This document shows, in pieces, positions 51,901-62,883 of a stretch of DNA of 64,000 nt. Made by a program: the position numbers and the translations under genes. How positions within the stretch are numbered: position 1 is the stretch's first letter; the number at the start of each line of letters is the position of its first letter. Where the stretch lies: contig NMRA01000004.1 in assembly GCA_002633005.1 (NCBI GenBank), forward strand, positions 687,846 to 751,845. Direction: 5' to 3'. The notes beneath the pieces are model-generated. The model ran no database searches. It was not told where the DNA came from and worked only from the letters and a program-made list of their open reading frames with translations. This DNA is from Phoronis australis (taxonomy: Eukaryota > Animalia > Phoronida).

Positions 51901-52177
51901 TCAAAATAAGCGTCATGTATTTGCCACCTATTAGAGAGATCTGGCAGACATCATTTTGGCATGCTAAAATGCCCAGAAGTGTTATGACATGCTGAGGCCC
52001 AATGTTCACGTACGCACGCAGGCGCATGCGAAATTCGAATTGTAGGCACATCTTCATATGGCATACCGGTTTGTGGCATTGCGCAGGAGGCACGGTTTCA
52101 CTCGATCATTGCTGTACATAAACATATGTATGTTTGCAGCAAACATAGAGTGGTGGAATTGCCGACTGGATCTATAG
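48942..52177 (+). CDS. AANAT: GNAT acetyltransferase, non-vertebrate arylalkylamine N-acetyltransferase (AANAT)/yeast PAA1-like, 167 aa
   Basis: join(48942..49026,49968..50071,50443..50515,51117..51166,51511..51664,52140..52177). Phases consistent. MASVEK...HELEKSGF...ASLETFEFRQQNAPDLFYG...LIGLICGTR...SLGIHSVCVEEKFRRQGIATALM...LLICEEGLIPLYTKNGF...WWNCRLDL*. Motif A RRQG, and CEE.LIPLY similar to vertebrate CEDALVPFY. AATAAA at ~52273. Confidence 0.85.
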
Positions 52178-52809
52178 ACTCAACAGGAGATACAGATATA
52201 CCAAATTGCCGTCTTGACAGCTTTGTGTTGATCACACCATGATTAAAAGTATTTTCATTACATCGCTGTTCTAATAAACTTTTTTGTCATTATCTCTGTT
52301 CTTATGATCGGGGTTATCAATATTTTCATCAGTCACGTGTCAGGTTAATGGGGGTTTTGTTCGGTGTTGGCAATGTCGAGAGTTTTATTGTTCATGGAAG
52401 TCCCGATGTTTCCAATGGTAAGTAAAGCATAATACGTGAACCGAAATGAATTTCCGACCTAAAAAACGTATTTTGGGGCTATTGTTTAATGGAGTAGACT
52501 TCTTAAATTTATTAGATTTGACCAGTCATAAAACAACAAAATCTGATTGTGTTTCGAGTTGTTAGTACAAATCGCCAATTCTTACCGTTGTGAATTGCGT
52601 AAGTCAAGGTCGGTGATTTTATGCAAGATAAATGCTCTTAAAATACTTTGCAATGTAGCGAGCAGGATTTACCTTCACCTTCAGATCGTTTACACCCCAA
52701 TTGTTCGAGGTTCGATTCCACGCTGAGGCAGAAAATCACCTTTTTTACCCATGATGTCCCTTTGAATCGTTTTTTTAGCAATAAAACAAGACCTGTTTCC
52801 ATTTGTCCA

Positions 52810-52953
52810 CATGGGCGGCGCACCATAGGGGGCTGGGGGGGCTATAGCCCACCACTTTTTTCATTGCTACCCCGCCCATGGTGAGTGGGCGCTAATCCAC
52901 AAGGGGGCTGGGGGCTGTAGCCCCCCACTTTTTTCAGTGCTGCGCCGCCCATG
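52810..52953. mobile_element. Short GC-rich MITE (tandem dimer) with terminal inverted repeats
   Basis: CATGGGCGGCGCACCA ... TGCTGCGCCGCCCATG, with two internal GGGGGCTGGGGG..TAGCCC units. Confidence 0.6.
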
Positions 52954-55149
52954 GCCCATAATACGTAAAGTGAAAGCCGTAATCCATATTGCGTGTTTTG
53001 AAACGGATACAGCGTAGCAATTGAGAACGTATAACGGAGGGGAATTGCACATTTATAACTTTACTAACGGGGTTTTCTAATAGGATAGTCCCGGATTACT
53101 CAGCTATAGAACACTCGTTTGTCGCGGAGGTAAGAAAGCGTGTGCCTCGTTTTGGAATGTCAGGCACATCACAGTTCATGTCGCGGGTAGCAGATTTCAA
53201 TCGTTCAAAAGTACCAGAAGAGAAATGACGTCTTCAAGAAATGGGATTTTGTTCGGTTCAAAATTTAAGCTGACAATTTTTTGTCCACTAGCTCGGCATT
53301 TTCTTTTTTGTGATTGATGACGGAGTTAAAGCCCACATCACAGCTGTAATATTTAGTCTTTGACACTGGATGGACGAATAAAGTAATGCAGCTGAGAAAG
53401 ACTTATAAAGAATCGACAACAACAAAGAACACGTGGAACTCCAATAGCGCAAAAATCGTTTGGCTACAAAAGCTCTTCAGATATCGCGGCAATAGTCATA
53501 TGATATTATTATTTTGAGATTCGCGGTGGCCTGCGGTGTCGCTGCCGAATCCGGGACGCCGCGCCCTATTAAACTTGTCAAGAAACACACTACATCGGCA
53601 ATAAAACGAGTCGGGTTATCATTCGCCCTTGATGCTTTCCTAAAAATAAAATTTAACTTACATGTAGCAATAACCGATCTCACGTCGTCATCCTCATACA
53701 TCAAGTGTTGTTTGTTTCCTAGAATACCAAATTGTTCAACGTTTACTGGACTCGTAGCAAGATTTGGCTGAGGACCCGAGAATTGTTACTAGTTGAGCTG
53801 TATTTTATAAAGCGGGCAGAATTATTTTCCTTCGAAAACTCATCAGTTATGATACGGACCTATGGAAACAATAGGGCCGCACAAAACAAATCTTAAAACA
53901 GCGTTCACAAGTCGTCTGATCAGAAGTCAGTTTTTGGAATGCCTGATCCGCCGTTTGAAAAGTCCTATGTGAACGCTTGTCATACGTCTGCCTGCTTATC
54001 GACTGCCCCCAAATCAGACTGAAGTAAGAAAGCTACTATGCCATGACGTTATTCGTAGCTACGGCCTCTTCGTTCGTGGAGATCGCTAGTGATTGGCCAG
54101 AATGTTGTGCTACCGATACTTGCACGGCTCCGAATATAGTGGATGATGCTATTACGGGTGTTGATGGACGGGAGCAATTACGATTCACCTCAACGCCAAA
54201 ACTGTTGATATGTGATGTCATCCAAACATGCTATCTTACTAAGTCTGAATTTGTATACTCGAAAGCATTTCCAGAAAGTTTCACACAGGCGACCGTCCAC
54301 TTGGTTAGCTGGAAATCGATTTTGGATACCGGTGCTTTTGACGGTGAATAAAGGCTGTTTAGTCACATAGGGAACTTCTGGCTGCTTAATATACAGCTGA
54401 TTTCTGCAATCAATCGATGTCCAGTGGCGGTGCTGCTCAAAGTCATCCTCCGCTATCCCACAAGCATTAGCGTGTAAGATGTTTCACGCTTTTCGTAAAA
54501 ATTGCCTCAGAAGTAGAATTAACTATTTAACGCGAGTACTGAGGTATCCGGAAAATGTCAATTATTAAAATCGAAATTTAAATTAAAATTCATTACCTCC
54601 CTTTACCGTCACTGCGGCCTGACAAAATGGCCGCGCTATCTCGCGATCGAGTATTAGTCTACTGACTCTTCTAAACTAGAAACTCATGGCTGCTCACTGG
54701 TGAACTTGTCACTTTATTCCTCTGGTTGTGTCCGATTCTGAACATTATGTTTATCAATTTTTACTGTCACAGATTTCGGGCTAGGATTCTGTAGATCAAG
54801 TTTCCTGCAAAGAAGCAAACAGTTGACGGTAAAGTAATAACGAGTGGCTTGTACTTGATGTTTTCTGCAGCAGTTAGTTATTTTAAAAACATTGCTTTTG
54901 AAATTTGGCAACTAGAAGAGGAAAATTAGTAGTGTTTGAAAGGATTTCGATATGCAGCGGTAAGATTTTACGACATTTTTCTAAACCAATGTTGCTCAAT
55001 TATCCTTCTCTCAATAACCTACTCACCGAAAGCTGTGGAAAATATGTCTCTCTCGCAATGGTTCCATCTTTCTCAGCTTGTGTCCGCGGCGAGCACTCAC
55101 ACAGAGATACACAATAACGAAATCTCACACTCGGACAAACGGTCACACC

Positions 55150-55645
55150 ACTGTTGTCACCTCTCCCTCATCACTTCCTTCCCGCTCATCTCACTCCGCT
55201 ACTCCCATCCACTCTTCTTCTAGTCTAGTTTCCTGGTCACCCATCCTATTCTGTCTCCCTTCTTTTCTACCTTTCACTTTCCCTCCCGCTCTCCCCCTGC
55301 CACCTCCCTCGCTGCCCTTTTTCCGCAGTCCACCCCTCTATCTGTACGTCCTTCCGCCCCTGCCTCCCTTCGTTCCTTCTGTCCGTCCCTCCCTCCCCAT
55401 TCCCCTCGCTCACGCTCTCCCCGTCTATATTTCTTCCTCAGTCCTTCCCTCTATCTGTGCGTCCCTGCCTCCCTCCCTCCATGCCACCCTCCCTGATTCC
55501 CTCCCTCCTTTCTCCCTTCCTCTGTACGTACCTCCCTCCCTATTCCCCTCCCTCTCTCGCTCTCCCCCTCCGTCCACCCTTCTCTCCCCCCCTCCTTCTT
55601 TTCCTGACTCCCTTTCTCTCCTTAGTCTTTCACTCTCATCCTTTC
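55150..55645 (+). repeat. Pyrimidine-rich (CT/CCT) low-complexity tract
   Basis: ~500 bp almost devoid of purines on the plus strand. Confidence 0.85.
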
Positions 55646-56038
55646 ACATCAAAACGGGAAGAAATTAGTCTTTGACTAATGATGATGATGAAATTTTAGA
55701 AGTAATTAGCCCAACAATAGTTACACAGAACACAGTCTCATCAAGTCGGTTGCTAACTTCTCATGTAACGTTTTTTCTCGCAAAGTCGACCATACAGAGT
55801 TATTATTAAGAAATCCTAAGTTAGCTAAAGGCGTTCACTGTTTTGTTACCTCTTCAGTCACTTGATGGTTATGAACCATCATGAAAATTAAATGCAGTTT
55901 TACATTCTAAATGACACTGTTGACAAAGATACCGAAGGGTCTTATGCGCAATTAGACTCAAACACAGGCGCATGCAGTCGTGACTGCACGGGAAATTCAG
56001 AAATACGCCATTCTGCTCAAGGTTATCTTCACCAATTG

Positions 56039-59000
56039 CTAACCCGAAGTACTTGCAAAAAGTTCAATTGCTGAAATAAACCTTAATTCTAACAATATTT
56101 GCTAAAACCTACTTACCATAATGGAAACAACTCTAACCAATGACACTGAATAAATTCATAAGGTTGACATTAACAATAGTAAACAAAGTGTTGAGTTGCA
56201 GCCTGTAGAGTTAATTCTTGAAAGTTTCGGTTACTTACAGAAGTCGTCTTTATAAGCTAATGACCCCTACAAGCCTCTGTGCGGGCGTGATGATCACGCT
56301 ATTTTCAATTCTGGATAACTTGTGCCCCCACCCCCTTGATATATATCAAGTCGCTTTCCCGGTCAATTGGACGAGTAATCTCCCAGTTTATTATGTGATT
56401 ATAAGGCAACGCACGACCAGTGACTGCAAATTTATTTCAAAGTTCTGTTGAGTCACATATTCCGTTCTCCTCACATGCGAGGTTGTCAAGAGGTAATTAA
56501 CTCCATCTGGTTGTGTCGCAAGACTTAGTCTAGTATAGAAAATGTGACCAGTGTCATAAAGACTTACATTTGCAAGCAAAAGAATATTCGTTGGAGCATT
56601 TGTCATCAAACCATGAGTTTGCATAACCTGTCAGAACAACACAATTTTCATCAGTTGCGCCATATGGGTCTGTGAAATTAAAGGCTGGAAAGAAATTTAA
56701 AGAATAGTTCAGAATCGTAGTTTGTTAGGGAGAACGGTGAGCTAGCCACTAGAACACTGAGAACGTAGTTGCCATTTTTCTCCACTGACGAAATTTTGCT
56801 CAAGCCGTTGTACGAAAACAAAAACGAAACGCCATGGTTGAATAATTCCTAAGAGCAATCAGGTCAACTCAAGTACAGTGATTCAAAGATATTCGAGGGG
56901 CACCGTACGCCGCTATACGCGGTCACATGAAGCCGCAGGGCTATCCCTACTGTACCCAGGGCTCTGCTGGGAACGTCCAGACACCATTACAAATGCGATG
57001 AAACAATCTTTTTCAAAACTGTAACAAAAGTAACAACGTTAGAAATCAGGAGCCCGTTTCATGAATAGACCCAAAGCCAAAATGTAAAGACTGACATTCT
57101 GACTAAGTTAGACCGAGGACAAAATTTTGGAACAGAACTTTTCAGATCAGCTTAACGTCAGCGTTTCGACGTTGCAACTCTTCAGGGCTTGATGCTACCG
57201 AGGGACATTCGAGACTAACGGAGTCTTCCTTAGTCTGCCCAAAAGATCATTTGGAAGCTGAATGGTAGACTACATCAGTCCTGGAGCGGCATCATAAGTG
57301 GTCAGGAGCGTACAATTTCGCTTAATTGCCTTGTTTACGGAATTTGCAGACACCACTCTTGTTTGGTTGGGGGAGGCCAAGGCTGATGGCGAAAGGGGGT
57401 GGAGCTTAATTGGTGCAATGACTATTGGACAGTTATTGCATGGTGTGCCAATGCAATAGTTATGCGGAACACACGAGATGACTCTGAAGTAGCTAGTGTT
57501 CAATATGAGTTGTAGTGACCAAAATTTGCTGTTAACCTACACAAAGTTTTTGACTGAGAAAACACTACCATGCAAAAGCACAGATATGGACCATGTTTAA
57601 ATAACAATAATAACAGTTTTACCTTCTCACAATTAGTTTTACCTGCCAATTCGCGATTCTGCCTCCCGGTAATCTCGGAAATTTAATTATAACAGTATTA
57701 AACAATCGTTAATGTTCAATTTATTTCTAATGGCGGCGAAACATTCATGGAAATTGCAAACATTTTCATTTGTTATTTTTCGGTTAAATTCTAACCCATT
57801 CTAACACCAAAAAACCTCATGAAAAAGACATAAAAGCATATAATCTCATCGTGTAACAAATTAAAATTTCCTACGAACCTGTATAAGTCACGTTTGTGTC
57901 ATCAGGGCGCTGAAAGACACCTTCATTGTTCCGATCATGAACTCCAATCCAGAGGAAGACTTTTTCATCCTGCAAGCGGAGTACTAGTACAAGTGGGGTC
58001 CTGTTCCCAGTTGCATGAAACAGCCCCAAAAAAGGAATTGAACTAAGTTCCCTCAATAGTTTTCGTAAATGTTTCATTCTTTATCACTTAATTACAGCTT
58101 TTTGTAATTTGATTAGTTTCTCGTCCTCTACTCCGGAAGTGACGTTTTGGGAGTCAAGAGTTTCGCGCCAATTTCTTTTCATTGTAGTCTGACTGTGAGA
58201 GCTGTCGAGTCAGTCATTGTTCTACCTCGTTTGTGATCAGTTTGGTCGTCGTTTGCTTTTGTTTACAAGTCAGTCAACATGCCACACTGTTGCTGCGTGC
58301 CGGGATGTACTCATTATCGTCTCACACGCGCTTTGGGTACCTTGCGTCGCTTTCCGAAGGATGAAACACTTCGCCGTACTTGGCTAGCTCGTCCATGTGA
58401 AGAATGCAGCGCTACCCGTCCACGCAACGTACAAAGCAATGGAGGGTTACCGAGTGTGTGGCAAGCATTTTCTGCCGTCAGATTATGACACATATGTACG
58501 CTGAATTGATGAAGGTCCCTACGAAACAACGCCTGAAGAAGGGTACCATACTGTCGCTGTTGATTCCCGGCAGTGCCCCGTCGCCAACCCCGAGAAGTGC
58601 GTTTTTAAAGCGAGAAGCCTCGCGAGCTGTGGCCACTATACACAGTGACTGGAGGCACTTCATCTACTGTTACCCGTGCCTCCNNNNNNNNNNNNNNNNN
58701 NNNNNNNNNNNNNNNNNNNNNNNNNNNNNNNNNNNNNNNNNNNNNNNNNNNNNNNNNNNNNNNNNNNNNNNNNNNNNNNNNNNNNNNNNNNNNNNNNNNN
58801 NNNNNNNNNNNNNNNNNNNNNNNNNNNNNNNNNNNNNNNNNNNNNNNNNNNNNNNNNNNNNNNNNNNNNNNNNNNNNNNNNNNNNNNNNNNNNNNNNNNN
58901 NNNNNNNNNNNNNNNNNNNNNNNNNNNNNNNNNNNNNNNNNNNNNNNNNNNNNNNNNNNNNNNNNNNNNNNNNNNNNNNNNNNNNNNNNNNNNNNNNNNN

Positions 59001-59240
59001 NNNNNNNNNNNNNNNNNNNNNNNNNNNNNNNNNNNNNNNNNNNNNNNNNNNNNNNNNNNNNNNNNNNNNNNNNNNNNNNNNNNNNNNNNNNNNNNNNNNN
59101 NNNNNNNNNNNNNNNNNNNNNNNNNNNNNNNNNNNNNNNNNNNNNNNNNNNNNNNNNNNNNNNNNNNNNNNNNNNNNNNNNNNNNNNNNNNNNNNNNNNN
59201 NNNNNNNNNNNNNNNNNNNNNNNNNNNNNNNNNNNNNNNN

Positions 59241-59280
<40 letters not shown>

Positions 59281-61813
59281 AGAGAAACAGAGAAAAAGGG
59301 GGAGGGGAGAGAAATTACACAAAAGACGTGGAGGAACACTGTTTTCAAGTCACGACGCCGTGGTGCAGTCTTTCTTCAAAGAGCGCAGCTTTCAAGGGCA
59401 GATGTTTTTCAACAAATTTTCCAATACTTTTTGGAGTTGATTCATTCGGTAAGCCTTTCTACAAACGTTTGATCAGTTTTAAATCGTTTTGAAAAGTGGT
59501 TACACAGTCAGCATCATTAAACCTTCCTACATATCACAATAGTGAATTCAATATCCCAAAAACGAGAAAATAGAAGACAGGCGACTCCAGTTGAAAATTT
59601 CACGGACATGAAAGTGACGTATGAACGTAACCAGCGCGTGTCATCTCCACCAAAGCCCCGTTTGTATGCAGCACATTTACATTTGCATGTAAATATATAC
59701 CATACACAAATTGACACCCGCATTCCAATAATCGCGTCTGAAATATTTTTCACGATTCTTATTTCAACAGCATGGTTCTAGTATTCGATTATTTTCGGTG
59801 TGTTATTTCTGATACTGATTATTATGCTAGTGACGTAAACACGAGATGGTCGTGTTCAGTGACGTACTGGCTTTTGGAAATTCAGCACTCAATACGAACA
59901 ATGAACTTTTGCAAAATGAACCGAAAAGTTGAGTTGTCCTTATGAAGTGTGCCTATTGCACCTTTTAGGGATGATGCATACCCAGTGAAACCGTGGCAAA
60001 AAACCTGGAAGTTTCACCCAGAAGCCGCCGCCACCGCAGCAGCAGGAGCAGCAGCAGCAGCAGCAGCTGCAACACCATTTCAATAAACGAACATGTCGAA
60101 CCACACGTGACAACAGAGGATCTTTTGGACGTTTAAAGGGAAGTGGTGTTGATTTAACAAGAGATGAGAACACACTGTCACAGAAATAATTTTGTAATGG
60201 CGCTTTGGGTGGAGTGATTTTGCTTTTACACCCGTGCATAAATTTAAATCGCGTTCACATGCGCCAGCTGTATATTAGCACATGTGAAAATTTATATTTA
60301 CATGACCTCTAGAGGTGGTGTAATTGTACACCCGAGAGTAGTTTTACACCCGGATGAATTTGCTTTTATATGACAAGAATAGACACCGTACATAAGTATA
60401 CTCTCGAATGTAAATATGCACTCGGATGTAAACAGTACCATGTAAACGGAGCTCCACCTTAAAACAATATCTGAAGATTTTTCACACCAAACACGATGGA
60501 GGATGAATAGTCTTGTGATTGGTTGTCCCGATTTTACGTAGTATGTTTCGACCAATAAATCCCCTAATTCAAGATCAGCTAATCAATATATCCTCAGATA
60601 GTGTTGGTGGGTGTTCTAATTTGACGGTTGATTGACTGCTGGGTTTGTGTTTTGATGGTTTCGATATGCAATTGGTGATTTTAAGCCCTTTAAGTGTAAA
60701 TTTTACGACCCACATTAAAACGGATCATCAAAAACGAAACGCGAAAGCAGTTGTATACATCAATATCGTCATACGTACTTGTGAACTTGCAAAGTAAGTA
60801 CTTCTTAAATCTTCAGCTTTCGATAACAACCACGAGTTTTCTTCATCGGTTTCTGGTGTTGCCAAATCCATTCCCATTTCAGAACACTTTTGCTGTGCTG
60901 CTAACCAGTCCAGTCGGGGTCTCAGTGTTATCGCGTAACGATGCTTCATGCGCCAAAATTGGTGAAATATGTTGGCTGATTAAGAAAATAAATAAAAATA
61001 TGAGAACAAGTAAGGAGGTTATGATTAAGGACGTTTTAGTAACCGAACACTAGATCCACGGTGTTGTGAACCTAGGTCTCCTATTTGAAATTTAACAACA
61101 CAGATGCGTGTTTTAGGTTCGACAAATAAAACAACAGACTAACGGAAATTCAACACGTTTTCATGCTGGCAGTGCTTAAAGTTTCAGGTTTATAAGTTGA
61201 ATCGGATATCATCTTCAAAGTTTTAGGATCTTCTTTTCAACCCCGCGAAGCACTTAAATGACATAGGATGCGTGTGCAAGGTGTTTTAGGCGTATTCTGC
61301 AAGATTGTGACATGTCCAGTGTGAATATTACTGAATTGAATTGCTTCAGAAGGCAGTTTCTTCTGGAGCAAAGGGTGCTATAGAAATACGAAAACAACTG
61401 GTGTGCACTAATTGCAAAGCACATCTTGTCTTCAATGGCTTCATGTGAGGCATATTTCTTTTAAACCATTTGTGGCGTACTTACTCGTGGGTTCACGATA
61501 CAATTTTGCCTTGTTCGAGTTTATACACTTAGGTAGTCTATATCGGAAAAGTTATTTGACGGAAAGTAGTAGCTTTGATAACGCCGGTTACAAGCTTTGT
61601 TGTATCAGAAAAGAGGCCATTGGTCAAACTCACGTGCACACATTAAGTCCTCGCCACTCCACGTGTTGTTATGTAAGCACCTTCGCGTCTCATCCCCTGA
61701 TTCCTTGTAGGATCCTTCCTGACAGTACATGTGGACTTCGTCCCCCAACCAGTTGCCTTCAAACGCTAACACCTCGGTATTCTGGGTATCGTAATCGATT
61801 GGACAAGTGACTC
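56039..61813 (-). CDS. Sushi (CCP) + C-type lectin domain protein, partial (5' end unresolved, one lectin exon possibly unrecognised)
   Basis: Exons: 61634..61813 (VTCPIDY...MYCQEGS...RRCLHNNTWSGEDLMCA, phase 1-1 sushi), 60779..60975 (LDWLAAQQKCSEMGMDLATPETDEENSWL), 57879..57969 (FLWIGVHDRNNEGVFQRPD), 56568..56627 (SWFDDKCSNEYSFACK), 56039..56070 (IELFASTSG*). Phases compatible; AATAAA at ~55800. Confidence 0.75.
58279..58575 (+). pseudogene. Frameshifted THAP-domain remnant (transposon-derived) in an intron of the lectin gene
   Basis: MPHCCCVPGC...RFPKDETLRRTWL, then RVCGKHFLPSDY and RLKKGTILSL in other frames; CCGGAAGTGACG upstream at ~58133. Confidence 0.75.
59241..59276. repeat. (TG)n microsatellite adjoining the N gap 58684-59240
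   Basis: Direct inspection. Confidence 0.9.
59320..60454 (+). mobile_element. Degenerate PIF/Harbinger transposase remnant with right terminal repeat
   Basis: IDTRIPIIA, DSYFN, DVNTRW, LLGDDAYPVKPW, FNK, SFGRLKG correspond to HARBI1/DDE_Tnp_4 motifs. Subterminal TACACCCG repeats and an end CATGTAAACGGAGCT resembling Harbinger TIRs. Confidence 0.75.
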
Positions 61814-62104
61814 CTACCAAAACACATTTCAGAAATGACACTACTGAATACAGGCAAAAAATTATCTACTTTCTCTGAAGACTTTCATCCGGTTTCCACT
61901 TTTTAGGCCAAAATTTCGTGCAGCACACTTTTGACAGTGGGAATCAACATCAATGCTGACTGCAGCCAGTTGACACAACTGGCAACGTTTTCACCAATCT
62001 GAACACACTTTGCAGATGGCCAATTTCTTCATTGGTTTACATTGATGGAGTAGAATGTGTCCTAAACGAGGGCATGAATCATCTAGTATCTTGGTTTGAT
62101 AAAA

Positions 62105-62209
62105 ATAAAGCGACCTTGTCCAGCCTTGTGCGGGTCTACACGACTATGTTATCACGCGACATTAGTTTGGTCAGCTCCCGGTTCTCACAGGCTGATGATT
62201 GACACATGT
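62105..62209 (-). pseudogene. Possible decayed EGF-like exon upstream of the sushi exon
   Basis: ag|AC ATG TGT gives DMCQSSACEN; after a frameshift *SCRPAQGWT resembles the EGF Y.C.C..GWTG motif. Contains stops. Confidence 0.35.
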
Positions 62210-62883
62210 CTACATGAATTTTCCCCACTTGCATACTTTGGTGGTGCTGCAAAAATGATTGTTAGACATTGTTGTCTAGGATACAATGTTTCGTTTTAGC
62301 ACGCGTGTTAAAAAAAAACCCAGAAGTATTGTAGTTTGGACGCAACACCTCTTTTTGAAGCATAACGGTGAATTCGTGCACTTAATAATGACTTTCAGTC
62401 CAATTTTCTTGTGTCAGACATACGTAAGTATCCAAACTCTCTTCAGTTTACCCACTCACTACCTTCGCTCGCTTTTGGCACCATCTCGTACCTCTGTGTT
62501 GCGCTTTATATAGCCCATCTTACCTCAGATTATTATTAGTTTTCACATGTTATATTTTACCTTCATGCCTATTTTTGGACGTGTATTCTGTCACAATAAA
62601 TGACATTATTCCGCCAACCTCGGTCTCCCTTTCATTTCTTGTAACGAACTTGTGACACAAGTTTTTCATCCTTGGTGCATATCATGCCCCCCATTTGGCG
62701 AGGTGGACAAAAAGGTCCGCCTCAGAGATACAAAAAGTCAAAGAAAACGAAACAAAAAGTCCACTAAAAAGGCGCAAACGCACAATTCACAGCTCTGGAC
62801 GTGGCACCCCGTTTTTTTAGTCCTTCGGCTTTTTTGTCGGTAAAAGTTCCACATCAATGGAAATTCGAGCCCCCCCATATTAA

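Noticed and set aside
55078-55675. 196-aa Pro/Ser/Leu-rich ORF
   Set aside because: Translation of the pyrimidine-rich low-complexity tract, which lacks stop codons by composition
58404-59492. Long ORFs of 200-360 aa
   Set aside because: They run through the N gap and the TG microsatellite
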